A stretch of 64,000 nucleotides of DNA from a virus (taxonomy: Duplodnaviria; Caudoviricetes): positions 1-64,000 of IMG/VR virus record IMGVR_UViG_3300013936_000017. One strand, given 5' to 3'. Made by a program: the position numbers and the translations under genes. Of this stretch, positions 28,644 to 39,281 are shown piece after piece. The notes under the pieces are model-generated. The model was not told where the DNA came from and did no database searches. It saw only the letters and a list, made by a program, of their open reading frames with translations. Each line of letters begins with the position of its first letter. Within the stretch, counting starts at the first letter, position 1.

Positions 28644-29195
28644 ATGCCTAATACCCATGCAATTGCGAATGGCATTTCTTGTGCATATTGGGATGTTGAT
28701 AGCCTCAACATGGCTGGTATTTGCGAGACTGCCGACCTTGATAATGGCGCACTTGTTACGCTAAAGAAGATGAATGTCGACGCTACCACTGGCAAGGTTC
28801 AGGGCTTCGAGTATGTCGTTGAGCCAGCTGCTGATGGCGCTGACAATGTTTGGTTTGTTGATAGTCCAGAGGTTGGCTATTCCCTTGAGATGCAGATTCA
28901 TGACGACCCCCGTTATTTCTACAATGAACAGGGTAAGCCGATGTCTATCAAGGGTATTCTTTCCGGCGTTGATTGCGTCGAAGTTACCGCTCCACTTTTC
29001 GTTGGTGGCACGCTTCCGACTGTTGCCCAGATTGGCCAGTATGTTGCTCCTGCCGCTGGCGGTAAGTATGCGGCTCCTGTTGCTCAAGCCCCAGATGCCG
29101 GTGCTTATTTCCGCGTTGAGGCACTAAATACTATCACTTGTGGCGCAGATGAGGTTCCCTCTGTTATTCTCCGCTGCATGGCCAACCATCTATAA
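28644..29195 (+). CDS. Capsid decoration/head structural protein
   Basis: DLDNGALV motif, high-expression codon bias, directly before the major capsid gene. Confidence 0.65.
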   Translation: MPNTHAIANGISCAYWDVDSLNMAGICETADLDNGALVTLKKMNVDATTGKVQGFEYVVEPAADGADNVWFVDSPEVGYSLEMQIHDDPRYFYNEQGKPMSIKGILSGVDCVEVTAPLFVGGTLPTVAQIGQYVAPAAGGKYAAPVAQAPDAGAYFRVEALNTITCGADEVPSVILRCMANHL

Positions 29196-29231
29196 TTGAT
29201 GGAATAATACAGAAAAGGAGAATATATAGAT

Positions 29232-30272
29232 ATGCTAACTAATCAAGAGCTTATCAAGTTTGCTAATGGCAACACTGATTTTTATGAAGCTGCTATGGCC
29301 TATTTCTGCGATGGCGAGAAGTCTAGCGAGAACAAGGGTCTAATGCAGGAAGCATTCCTCGCTGAGGTCGAGCACAAGTCTGGTGTTGCTCGCAACGGTC
29401 TTGAGGTTAATGCTTGGATTAACCACCCGTCCGTTCGTTGGGCTTCGATGGCAATTGTCGAGAGCACTATTCGAGCTATCGTTCCCGTTACGATTCTTCC
29501 TCAGTTTGAGGCATTTTCTGATTTCCGTACTCAGGACTTTGGTGATGTTACAAAGTTCGATATTATGCCTCATAGCTTTTATGTTGTCAGCAAGGGTGGC
29601 AGGGGCGAAAGAACAAGTTTCCGTCAGAGAAAGTACGTTTCTGAACTTACTCTTGCTCCTGTCGAGCATATTGTAACCGTTTATAAGAAGTTTTATAATG
29701 TTCTTGCAAACAAGGACAATATCGCTGATTTTATGGGCTGGGTTCTTCTCTCTGTTCGTACCGAGATGTATAGCGATGCACTTATTGCGCTTAATACTGG
29801 CCTTGCTACTATCCCTGTTGGTGCGCTAAATGTTGCTGGCGCTTTCGACCTCAAGACGCTTATTAAGATGTGTGAGACTGTTCAGTACCGCAATGGTGGT
29901 GTTCGTCCTGTCATCGCTGGTTCTGCTACTGCTCTTATGAACGTCATCCCGGATAGCACCTCTGGTTATCGCATGAATGTTGATGGCGAGGGTGATGGCC
30001 GCATCAATCTTATGAAGTCCGTCATGACGTATGATATTCTCAAGCTTGATAATGCTGTTACTGAAGATGGCAATCTCATTCTTCCTGACAATAAGCTGTT
30101 TGTTATTAGCCCGTCTCAAGATAAGCTTCTTAAGGGCGTTATGACGCGTTCTCTTAGTAACCAGAATGAGTATTACGACAACGCAGACCTTACATCGAAC
30201 TATACGACCAGAGTCGAGTGGGCCTTTGCATACGCGTCGTCTGCATACGCTGGTGTATATACGGTTCAGTAA
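29232..30272 (+). CDS. Major capsid protein
   Basis: 346 aa, strong codon bias, position, terminator directly downstream. Confidence 0.82.
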   Translation: MLTNQELIKFANGNTDFYEAAMAYFCDGEKSSENKGLMQEAFLAEVEHKSGVARNGLEVNAWINHPSVRWASMAIVESTIRAIVPVTILPQFEAFSDFRTQDFGDVTKFDIMPHSFYVVSKGGRGERTSFRQRKYVSELTLAPVEHIVTVYKKFYNVLANKDNIADFMGWVLLSVRTEMYSDALIALNTGLATIPVGALNVAGAFDLKTLIKMCETVQYRNGGVRPVIAGSATALMNVIPDSTSGYRMNVDGEGDGRINLMKSVMTYDILKLDNAVTEDGNLILPDNKLFVISPSQDKLLKGVMTRSLSNQNEYYDNADLTSNYTTRVEWAFAYASSAYAGVYTVQ

Positions 30273-30310
30273 TTGATAATTTAATCAATTATATGAATCA
30301 ATTAAATAGC

Positions 30311-30344
30311 TAATAAGCGGCTGGATTCGTCTGGCCGCTTATTA
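30311..30344 (+). terminator. Hairpin/terminator after the capsid gene
   Basis: taataagcggc...gccgcttatta. Confidence 0.7.
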
Positions 30345-30384
30345 TATGGAAAATAAAGGGAAAAATAGAAGGGAAATAATATAA

Positions 30385-31050
30385 ATGGCTACAGGTACTA
30401 CAAAGACTACTAGTGCTAAGAAATCTACTACCCCTGTTGAGACTCCGGTCGTTTCCGGTGTAGAGGCGGAAAATTCTGAATTAAAGGCGAAACTGGCTGA
30501 ACAAGAGAAACAGATGCAGGAAATTATGACTCAGATGAAAATAATGAGCGAAATGATGATGACCGCAAATGTTAGTTCGCGTCCGGCAGAGAAGAAAAAT
30601 GACCGACCAATTCGATTTGTTAATCTGTTTCCGGGAACGCTTGTTCTCAAAGGTTCTACGATTTGGAAGATTGAGGGACAGTTTAATTATCGTGATTTCA
30701 TGGAAACTGAGGCCGCGATTATCGTAAGCAATATGGGTGAGATGATTCGTGCTGGTAGTTGTTGGATTGCTGACGCAGAATTTGTTGACACGCATAATCT
30801 TACAGAGGTTTATAAGTATCTACTATCCGATGATACGCTGAAGAATCTATTTGATAGAGACGCCAAGTATGTAATCGAGAGTTATAAAATGGCGAATGAT
30901 AACCAGAAGCAAATTATTCTTGATATGATTGGCGAAAAGATTGATAAGGGCGAACAGGTGGATGCAAATATTCTTCTTACGATTGGCAAGTTGTCTGGTC
31001 GCGATTTAATCGCCGAAGCAAATTCTGACGAAGGTGAGCCAGTTGCATAA
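30385..31050 (+). CDS. Hypothetical head-module protein
   Basis: 221-aa ORF; synteny after the capsid gene. Confidence 0.7.
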   Translation: MATGTTKTTSAKKSTTPVETPVVSGVEAENSELKAKLAEQEKQMQEIMTQMKIMSEMMMTANVSSRPAEKKNDRPIRFVNLFPGTLVLKGSTIWKIEGQFNYRDFMETEAAIIVSNMGEMIRAGSCWIADAEFVDTHNLTEVYKYLLSDDTLKNLFDRDAKYVIESYKMANDNQKQIILDMIGEKIDKGEQVDANILLTIGKLSGRDLIAEANSDEGEPVA

Positions 31051-31061
31051 GGAGGGAAATT

Positions 31062-31493
31062 ATGACCCCCTTTGATGAAATTGAAGAGATGGCTTTGGTC
31101 GTTGTAAATGATTATAAGTTGTCGAAACTTTATCAGCAGAGTTTAGAGGCCTTTCAGTCCAAGATGGACGGTTTGCTTATTAAGTCTGCTATGGATTTTT
31201 CTACTTGCAAACAAAGTTTAGTGTATGATGTAGAGGATAGATATTTCCAGAGCGATTTAACGCAGATGGAAAGATATATCTTATCATGTTACTTTGTTGT
31301 TGCGTGGTGGGAATGGCAGAATAATGATGCAGCTCAGATTGCATTAAAGCTCGGCTTAAAGAATGTATTTACTTATAATAGTGAATCACAGAACTTTAAG
31401 GAAAAGCAGAATGTAATCGACAAACTACGCGAAGAAGTTAGTAGAAAAATCACTGAATATCAGCTTCAAGATATTGACAATTTGGATTATTGA
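31062..31493 (+). CDS. Head-tail adaptor
   Basis: TPFDEI..., DLT..E..IL; position. Confidence 0.65.
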   Translation: MTPFDEIEEMALVVVNDYKLSKLYQQSLEAFQSKMDGLLIKSAMDFSTCKQSLVYDVEDRYFQSDLTQMERYILSCYFVVAWWEWQNNDAAQIALKLGLKNVFTYNSESQNFKEKQNVIDKLREEVSRKITEYQLQDIDNLDY

Positions 31494-31502
31494 GGGTTTG
31501 CC

Positions 31503-31787
31503 ATGAAGAAAAAGAAAAACATGGTTAAGCCGCTCTACACAATTCTTTTATTGTATGAAGACGTGTTTAATCCGGAGTCGGATGTTGAGTTGGAGGATTA
31601 TCTAGCTTATCTTGATAGAACATCGTTGTTATATATTGGAGCTGGGTATGATGAGATTTATCATACTATCAAGGGGCTTAAATTCTTAAAAGATACGGCC
31701 ACACACCGAATTGTCAAATCGTCTGTGTTTCATATGATTGGAGCATTGGACGAAAAAGATAAGGAGGCGGCGAAGCGTGGCGTATGA
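31503..31787 (+). CDS. Hypothetical protein
   Basis: ORF with RBS in the structural operon. Confidence 0.65.
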   Translation: MKKKKNMVKPLYTILLLYEDVFNPESDVELEDYLAYLDRTSLLYIGAGYDEIYHTIKGLKFLKDTATHRIVKSSVFHMIGALDEKDKEAAKRGV

Positions 31788-33048
31788 ATTTATGGATTAT
31801 GCACAGTCTCCGAATGAGTATTATAGAGATTTAGCACAAGCATTTCTTGATTCACAGTGGGAAAACACAGCTGCTAGGTCGCCTGAACAAGGCGGTCAAA
31901 TTTTTGAGCAACAGAGTATTGGGTTAGATGTCTATTGCCCAATTGAGGCGTGGATTAAGCCAACTGTTGGCGATGTAACTAGTGGTCTTGGTGATAGTCG
32001 TGATTATCTTAAGCTCGTATTCAGAGATATCAACCATACATCTGTGCGTGGTTTATATTATAAATTCATGCAAGATTATTGGATTGTCAATGATTACAAT
32101 GAGTTTACTGACTTAGTTCAGGATGTTGGAATCAGACGTTGCAATAACCAGATGCGGATTGTCGACCCAGATAATGGCTCGATTTTTAGCATTCCATGCG
32201 TTATTGATTACGATATGGCATCTCCTAGCGCACAGATATCTCAAAATATCATTACGCCAAACAATCATGCGGTTGTTAAGGTGCAAGGTAATAAAGATAC
32301 GTTGCGGCTATTTAAGTTGAATACACGTTATATTTTTGGCGGTCGTCCATTCAAACTATATGGCTATCAAAATGCGCTGAATTATGACTTAGATAGACAG
32401 GCTCCAACATACTTGGAGCTTGATTTGTATTTAGATGAGATTCATGATGGCGATGATTTAGAGCGACAACTTGCAGATAATGGAAGTTATGTTTATCATG
32501 TAAGCATAGATTCTGGAAATATTTATCATGTTGTTGGGTATGGGGGAACATTGACGGCATCTGTCCTGTTAAATGGCGTTGAAGTAAACAGAAATGTTAA
32601 ATGGAAAACATCAGATAATGAGGTTGTTACAATTGATAATCGTGGGCAGTATAGCATTGTTGGCCATGATAGTCAATCCGCCATAATTACGGCATATTTG
32701 GATGACGACGAATCAATATCGGATTCTATACAAATTGTTGTATCTGATAAGGATGTTGACGACGGGAAGATTGTCCTCGATAATGAATTTAACAAAATTC
32801 GCCAGAACGAAACGCGCCGGTGTGGAGCGTTTATTGTTCTGGGAGGAATTCCGCAAATGCCGGATTCTATATTTGCAACATCAAACAATATAGATTGTTT
32901 ATTTGTAAATGTTGACGATAAGTTGAATGTTGAATTCCAATGCGTCAAGCCGTCAAAAACTCCAATTCTTATCACGCTTGAGGCTGTATTAGATGGGAAA
33001 ACATATACGCGAGAAATGAATGTTTCTTGTGTTAGTATGTTTGGATGA
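31777..33048 (+). CDS. Head closure/neck protein with Ig-like domains
   Basis: G.YY.F..DYWIV, IRRCN; VKWKTSDNEVVTIDNRG Big_2-like motif; GTG after AAGGAGG. Confidence 0.7.
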   Translation: MAYEFMDYAQSPNEYYRDLAQAFLDSQWENTAARSPEQGGQIFEQQSIGLDVYCPIEAWIKPTVGDVTSGLGDSRDYLKLVFRDINHTSVRGLYYKFMQDYWIVNDYNEFTDLVQDVGIRRCNNQMRIVDPDNGSIFSIPCVIDYDMASPSAQISQNIITPNNHAVVKVQGNKDTLRLFKLNTRYIFGGRPFKLYGYQNALNYDLDRQAPTYLELDLYLDEIHDGDDLERQLADNGSYVYHVSIDSGNIYHVVGYGGTLTASVLLNGVEVNRNVKWKTSDNEVVTIDNRGQYSIVGHDSQSAIITAYLDDDESISDSIQIVVSDKDVDDGKIVLDNEFNKIRQNETRRCGAFIVLGGIPQMPDSIFATSNNIDCLFVNVDDKLNVEFQCVKPSKTPILITLEAVLDGKTYTREMNVSCVSMFG

Positions 33049-33062
33049 TGGAGGTGTAGTAT

Positions 33063-33629
33063 ATGTACAATTCTTATGCGAGGCTTCCATTTATCCCATA
33101 TCGCATTCTAGAACATCTTGCACTTACAGATGAAAACATCTGGAAGATGATGAAATATAATGATTATAATGCTTTAAACAAGCCAAATTTATCCATGTCT
33201 GAAAAGCTGGATATGATTTGGAAGAATGGCAAGCAAGATTCTTTTAGTGTATTCTTTACCAATTTAGTAGAGGATGCTATAAGCGAATCTCGTGCCATTT
33301 TGAAGATATATGATTATTATGTTCACGCTTCAGACCTATATACGGGCACAGTTGTATATGCGTTCGACTTTTTATATGGTGGGCAAATGAGTCTTGTGGA
33401 CTTAGATGGCATTCCTGTTAATCGCGGCGACGTATTTATCAATAGCCTTATGACTGCGTTGAATGGCGCAGAGGTCGATGGCATTGGCAAGATGACATTC
33501 TATAATGATATGTCTGCTTATGATAGCGCAAAGTCTATTTTGGCGAATAATAGGACGTTTAGTGGCGTTTCGGTTTATATTAGTGTTCTCGTCGGCGATA
33601 CAGGAGAGGAAGAGGGTTGTGGCACTTAA
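33063..33629 (+). CDS. Tail completion/neck protein
   Basis: Position; LNG...GIG motif. Confidence 0.55.
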   Translation: MYNSYARLPFIPYRILEHLALTDENIWKMMKYNDYNALNKPNLSMSEKLDMIWKNGKQDSFSVFFTNLVEDAISESRAILKIYDYYVHASDLYTGTVVYAFDFLYGGQMSLVDLDGIPVNRGDVFINSLMTALNGAEVDGIGKMTFYNDMSAYDSAKSILANNRTFSGVSVYISVLVGDTGEEEGCGT

Positions 33630-34443
33630 CCTTGACCTGTTGGCAAAAGCCTATTTTTATTGGGATGAGCCGGTTGATTATAAATTGAAAGATGGGAAAT
33701 TTCTAAAAATATATCCAGTGCAACTATCCCAAAGCGAGGCTTTTTTATCGGCGTGTGATGTTTTGGCGATTGACAAAAATAGCACGTCCGACGTTCGTAT
33801 CATTCAGATGTCGTACTTGGAATTTATTATAACCGCAGCGCAAGCAGATGCTCAAGTTGCAATGAAGTTAAATCTCATATTGTCATTGTGTCTACACATG
33901 GAAAAGCCATTGGTAGGCACAGATGAAAAAGGCCGGTACGTTATCTTTGACCGGTCTAACAGTTTGGTGATATACGCCAAACAATTTGAGGATATTCGGC
34001 GCATTATTATGTATCAGAATATCCTCCACTATGACGATTCGTATATCGACGCAGACTTAAAAAAGGCGATGCAAGAGACGGATGAGCTAAAAAATAAAAA
34101 TATTGTTGTCCCTAGTGTTGAGAGAAAAATGGCGATTATTACATCTCATTGTGGATTATCGAAACTCGACCAATTAAAGATGACATATAGAGCGCATTGT
34201 GTCTTATTTGAAGAGGTTTGCGGCGAGGTGGAATTCACCACGGTTCGTCCAATCGCCTTGTATGGTGGTCAAAAAATTGACCATTGGATATATAAGGAAA
34301 AGAAAGGCCGTTTTGACGGCTACATTATGGAGGCCAGTACATACACTGGTAAATTTGGTGCTGATTATAATTCGTTGCCTGAGAATTATACTGAAGCAAA
34401 TTCCAATGCTATGGAAAACCTATATTCACAATTTAGTAAATAG
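33619..34443 (+). CDS. Hypothetical tail-module protein
   Basis: IIQMSYLEF, F.DIRRIIMYQN; directly before the tail tube gene. Confidence 0.65.
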   Translation: MALNLDLLAKAYFYWDEPVDYKLKDGKFLKIYPVQLSQSEAFLSACDVLAIDKNSTSDVRIIQMSYLEFIITAAQADAQVAMKLNLILSLCLHMEKPLVGTDEKGRYVIFDRSNSLVIYAKQFEDIRRIIMYQNILHYDDSYIDADLKKAMQETDELKNKNIVVPSVERKMAIITSHCGLSKLDQLKMTYRAHCVLFEEVCGEVEFTTVRPIALYGGQKIDHWIYKEKKGRFDGYIMEASTYTGKFGADYNSLPENYTEANSNAMENLYSQFSK

Positions 34444-34457
34444 GAGGAAAGCAGTAA

Positions 34458-36974
34458 ATGGCTGAAAAATATATTTATACTGCTGGCCCTGCGCGTGCTC
34501 TATTCTTCTACGGACAAACTCTAATCGGCGTGGTAACTTGGCCATCCTTATAATGTGAGTTGTAAGGACTTTGGGTTAAATGCTTTGAATCCCTAAAGCT
34601 CATACACCTAAACAGTAGCTAGAAATGGCAAGCTGAATGGTTGCGAAAGCAGAAAAAAGTTATGAGATATTCATATGGTCAAATCCTAAGTGAATGTAAA
34701 TGGGTCTTTAGCAGGGAAATCCCTAAGTATGATATTGACATATCATTGTTTATATGTTATAATGTCATATATGGGAAACCCTCAACGACTATCCCTTTGC
34801 GAGGGAGTAGAGGTAAGTATCTCGAAAAATCCACTTCTTATTTCATATAAAAATGGTGTTATAAAATGTTGTTAGATAAGTATGTTGAAGTATCTGTAAC
34901 TGCTAGAAATTTTAATCATTATAAAAATCTCGGATATAATATTCCTATGCAGTATGACGAAAAAACAAAATCGTATAAGATGATTGTTGGGTCGAAAATT
35001 TTAGTAAAATTTGAAGATATTCCAAAAAATTCTCACAAAGAGATAAAATATCAATGTGATGCTTGTGGCGGGATATTTGAAACTAAGGTTGCCGATTGGA
35101 ACAAACGCAAAATTTCTGATGATGTAACGTATTGTAAAAATTGTGCAATTAAATTGTTATTACCTGAACGTCTTCTAGAAAAATATGGCGTCCGCAATGT
35201 CACTAAACTTCCATTTGTAATTGAGAAACAAAAGAAAACTAATCTCGATAAATATGGCGTCGAGTGGGCAGTTGCATCGGATGTTGTTCAAGAAAAACGA
35301 AAAAGTCTTTTTATGAAAAATACGGTGTTGATAATCCGATGAAAAATGCAGACGTCCAACAAAAGGCGAGGAATACAAATATAGAAAGATATGGCGGAGA
35401 AAGCCCGATGTGTTCTGAACAAGTAAGAGAAAAATCTAGAAATGCTTGTATGGAAAAATACGGAGTTCCAGTTTCTTCTCAATCCAAGGAAGTTCAGGTG
35501 AAAGCTAGAAAAACATTGAACAAAAATGGGACGACTCCGAGTTCAAAGACGGAATTGAAATTATATTCAATTCTGTGCGATATGTATGGAAAAGATAATT
35601 GCGTTCATAATTTCTCGGAAGAAAATCTTTCTCTTGATTGTCTCGTGGTTCTTGGCGATGTTAAAATAGATATTGAATATGATGGAATATATTGGCACAA
35701 AGAAAGAAAACAAAAAGACGCTGCTAGGAATGCAGTATTGATGAATTTAGGGTATAGAATCATTAGAATTAATGGCAACAATCAAGATATTCTTCCAACA
35801 GAACAACAAATTCAAGGTGCAGTTGATTATCTAATAAATGAAAATCACCATTTAACTTATATTGATATGAATAAATAAGAAGAACATATAGTCTTATCTT
35901 ATGCGAAAGCATAAGCAGCTTATTAAGCGGTGCAAGATTAACGACCTTGCATGAAAATTTTATGGCAAGACACTTTCGGACACCACGTTCAATATGGATT
36001 TGTCTAGTGAGGACGTTCGCGGTGGCCCGGGCAATCTACTCTATGGGCGTTATTTCCATGATTCCAGTATGAATATTGACATAACAGATGTCATGTTCAA
36101 TATTAATTATGTTGCCGCTTCTCTTGGTGTTAATGTCGAGCGGGGTGGCCTGTCTCTTTACGAGTCTGCAAAGGCTGGTGAAGAGATCAAAACAGATGGC
36201 CAGATTACACTAGCGAATCAAGCCGTCGCATTTGAGGGTTCTATTGTTGGTTGGTATAAAAAGCCAGCCGATGCGAACTGGTCTATTGGCACAATTTCTG
36301 GTGGCGTTATGACGATTCCGGGCGCAAAGACCGGTGAATCTTATTGCGTTAAGTATTTCTATCAAAATCCAGACGCCAAGCAGATTACTATTAAGGCGCA
36401 GTATGTTCCAAAGGTTCTTCACCTTGTTCTACTGAACGACCTTTATTCTGGCGACGTTGCAAATGTTGCATCTTCTAGCTCAAAGTATGGCCGTCTAATT
36501 ACGGACGTACCACAATATCAATTATCTGGCACACAAGATATTGCATGGTCTGCAACTTCTACAGCTACCATTAGTCTTAGCGGCTCCGCTCTTGCCTATG
36601 AGAGTGGCGAGTCCTGCGAGGAAGACCCAGTCTATGGCACTATGACGCAGGAAATTTTCGGCGCTAAGTGGCAGGACGATGTTGTTGCACTCGCCGTCGA
36701 GAATGGTAATGTTGAGATTAATCAGAGCGAGCAGGAGCAGATTATTGTTCGTGCTGTCTTTGGTGGCAATGTTGCGTCTAAGGTCTACGATAATAGCAAC
36801 TTTACGTTTGCTGTTGAGCCAAAGCCAGCTGCTACGGCTACTGGCGTCACTATTGGCGCTGATGGCATCGTCAAGGCTGGGCAAGTCGAGGGTGAAGCGC
36901 TAATTTCTGTTAATCTGACTGGCTATACAGCTTCTGTTGAGCCAGCATATGTCCGCGTTACTGTCGGGGGCTAA
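34458..36974 (+). CDS. Major tail (tube) protein; exons 34458-34534 and about 35966-36974, about 361 aa
   Basis: GGAGG-ATG, MAEKYIYTAG...LIGV joined to KTLSDTTF...EDVRGG.GN; codon bias; terminator at 36982-37024. Confidence 0.8.
34535..35965 (+). mobile_element. Group I intron in the tail tube gene, carrying a homing endonuclease gene
   Basis: P1 TGGT/GCCA, tcaacGACTAtccc...cataTAGTCt; removing 1431 nt restores frame; junction uncertain by 1-2 nt. Confidence 0.85.
34866..35878 (+). pseudogene. Intron-encoded endonuclease (Zn finger, KYGV repeats, DUF559/Vsr-like domain) split by a -1 frameshift near 35300
   Basis: Two overlapping ORFs share the KYGV repeat series; IEYDGIYWH...D..RN..L...GY.IIRI. 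Confidence 0.8.
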
Positions 36975-37027
36975 TATATATAAATGGGGAAGAATTTGAT
37001 TATTTCGATTCTTCCCCATTTTTTAGA

Positions 37028-37348
37028 TTGGAGGAAACCCCGATAATGTGCGAATATGTCAATTTAAATATTTGCTCTATTACAAATGAGGCGTGTCCTT
37101 TTATGGAATGGTGTACAAAGGTAAAACGATGGAAGCCACTAAAATCCATGCCAGATAAATGCAAGGTGGCGGAACGTCAGGAAGTTCCAAAGGGCTATTA
37201 TAGAGTATTGTTTGAGCAGAGCCATTGTTTGTATATTGATATGCCCGAAATAAATCAAACAATTGCCGTTAAAAACCCATTTGATGACGTGCCGAAATTT
37301 GTTAAGACTACGAAGCTGAAAAGTGGGGAATGGCGCTTGAGAAAGTGA
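37028..37348 (+). CDS. Cys-containing hypothetical protein
   Basis: ORF (likely start MCEY) after the tail tube terminator. Confidence 0.65.
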   Translation: MEETPIMCEYVNLNICSITNEACPFMEWCTKVKRWKPLKSMPDKCKVAERQEVPKGYYRVLFEQSHCLYIDMPEINQTIAVKNPFDDVPKFVKTTKLKSGEWRLRK

Positions 37349-37356
37349 GGGCTATT

Positions 37357-37794
37357 ATGGCCGATGAGAAAGACGTTGACGTCCTATATGGGAAGATTAA
37401 CAAACTTGACGTTCGCGTTACGAAATTAGAATCAACTAGACCATATTTGGAAGAAATGATTGAAAGAGACATTAAGAGTAATGAACGTCTTGCAGGGACA
37501 TTGCAAGAGGTTCAGATGTCGATGACAAAAATGAATACCAAGATGGATGAAAATGCCAAAGCCCTCGAAGAAATGCGTGAACAGTTTGCTGAAGCCAATA
37601 AGGCGACGACTGAGCGTATCGAAAAAATCGACAAAGATACGACGGCCAATATTAAGGCGGTATCGCAAAAAGTCGATGGGCTTGAGGATAAGACAAAATT
37701 TGACATTCTTGATTATATCAAAAAGAATTGGCCACTAATTCTGATTCTTTTGGGAATTGGCGGAGTGGCTGTTAGTTCTTTTTTTAAGGTATAA
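37357..37794 (+). CDS. Coiled-coil protein with C-terminal TM (XhlA/holin-like)
   Basis: RVTKLE coiled coil; WPLILILLGIGGVAV tail. Confidence 0.55.
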   Translation: MADEKDVDVLYGKINKLDVRVTKLESTRPYLEEMIERDIKSNERLAGTLQEVQMSMTKMNTKMDENAKALEEMREQFAEANKATTERIEKIDKDTTANIKAVSQKVDGLEDKTKFDILDYIKKNWPLILILLGIGGVAVSSFFKV

Positions 37795-37826
37795 TTGTGG
37801 CGAAATTGAAAGGAAATTAAAAGGAA

Positions 37827-38204
37827 ATGAATACACTAGATTCTAACGATATGAAGTATCTGGAAAAGTATGACATTGGTGTGTATGAATATTTGTCATA
37901 TGCTCAAGTTCAAGCTATTGCAGAAGCGGTGACAAAGTTTGATTCTTGGGCTGATAGAGCACAATGTTATGATATGCTGATGATGCTATTCGTTACTGAT
38001 ATTGGCAAAGAAGAGCTTGAAAAGCATACGCATGAAGAGTTACTTCGTTGCGGTATGATTGATGCTGTTAAGCATGAGATTCATAATTTGCATGATATTG
38101 ATGAGGCGATTAAATATATGGAGTCTCTTAGTACAGTTGCTATGTCGCTTATTCGTGAATATCAGAAGAATCCAGATATGTTGAAGAATCTAATTAAGGA
38201 GTAA
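37827..38204 (+). CDS. Putative tail assembly chaperone
   Basis: Acidic helical protein between tail tube and tape measure genes. Confidence 0.5.
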   Translation: MNTLDSNDMKYLEKYDIGVYEYLSYAQVQAIAEAVTKFDSWADRAQCYDMLMMLFVTDIGKEELEKHTHEELLRCGMIDAVKHEIHNLHDIDEAIKYMESLSTVAMSLIREYQKNPDMLKNLIKE

Positions 38205-38209
38205 TCCTT

Positions 38210-38755
38210 ATGGCCGAAAAAATCACGAATGACGAGCAGTTATTAAAAGCACTCCAACCGGCGTTTCAAAAGGCTTGTCATTATGTGGCCGAAAAGATTT
38301 ACGAAACAAACAGAGAAATAGTCCAAAAGGTAGTGTATCAAGCTGGCAACCCTGTAGAATATGAACGCACAGGTGAATTTTTAGACGCATGGGCTGTTAC
38401 CAAGGAAAAATTTAATAAGAGCAAATACGCTTATTCTAAATTCTACTACAGACCGTCCGCTATGACGACTGGTTCCCCAAATTATGGCGACCCAGACTAT
38501 GCACAGCACGTAGGCGTTTGGGGCGATTACTATGGTAAAGCGTCTAAGGAATATTTAGCTGAAATTATTTACGAGGGTATGGCTGGCTCCATATTTGGAA
38601 GTGGCTATTGGACTAAAAAAAGAGATGCTTGGGATGCTTTGATTAAAGAGATTGATAAATGGGCGATTCGTAGCTGGTTTGAAGAAGCTATGGAAGCTCA
38701 GGGCGTTAAATTGCATCGTCATAGAACTACAAGCATTAAATTCATTGAGGATTAA
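38210..38755 (+). CDS. Hypothetical virion protein
   Basis: VY....P.EYERTG.F motif typical of neck-type proteins. Confidence 0.55.
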   Translation: MAEKITNDEQLLKALQPAFQKACHYVAEKIYETNREIVQKVVYQAGNPVEYERTGEFLDAWAVTKEKFNKSKYAYSKFYYRPSAMTTGSPNYGDPDYAQHVGVWGDYYGKASKEYLAEIIYEGMAGSIFGSGYWTKKRDAWDALIKEIDKWAIRSWFEEAMEAQGVKLHRHRTTSIKFIED

Positions 38756-38759
38756 CAAT

Positions 38760-39281
38760 ATGATATATTGTGGGATTGACGCAAGTACGTCTTGTACGGG
38801 GTGGTCGATATTCGACGAAGATTCTCTTATTGCACATGGAGCAATTCATCCTAAAGAATCTGCTGAATGGCGAGATAGAGTCATGCAGGAATGCATGGAA
38901 TTATCCAGAATCTTTAAGGAATATCGACCACAAATCCTATTTGCAGAAGATGTGCCGAACAAGCCCGGACATCTTACCATGCAAAAATTAGGAGTTATGC
39001 AAGGCGTGTTACTATCTTTGTGCGCCGCATATCATATTAAGCCATATTTTTTATTGCCGTCTAATTGGCGACGAGATATGGAATTATTTGATGGTACGCG
39101 TGGCGGTATGCACAGAGACGTATTGAAAGAAAAAGCCATACTGATGGCGAATGATATTTTTGGATTGAATCTGTTATGGAATGGAGCAAAAAGCAAGAAA
39201 ACCGAGGATGATGAGGCCGAGGCGATTCTTATTGCTTATTCGCAGATTCGCAAATCACACAAAAAGGAGTGTGATGGATAA
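38760..39281 (+). CDS. ruvC: RuvC-like Holliday junction resolvase
   Basis: CGIDASTSCTGWSIF, AED, PSNWR, DDEAEAILIA. Confidence 0.85.
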   Translation: MIYCGIDASTSCTGWSIFDEDSLIAHGAIHPKESAEWRDRVMQECMELSRIFKEYRPQILFAEDVPNKPGHLTMQKLGVMQGVLLSLCAAYHIKPYFLLPSNWRRDMELFDGTRGGMHRDVLKEKAILMANDIFGLNLLWNGAKSKKTEDDEAEAILIAYSQIRKSHKKECDG

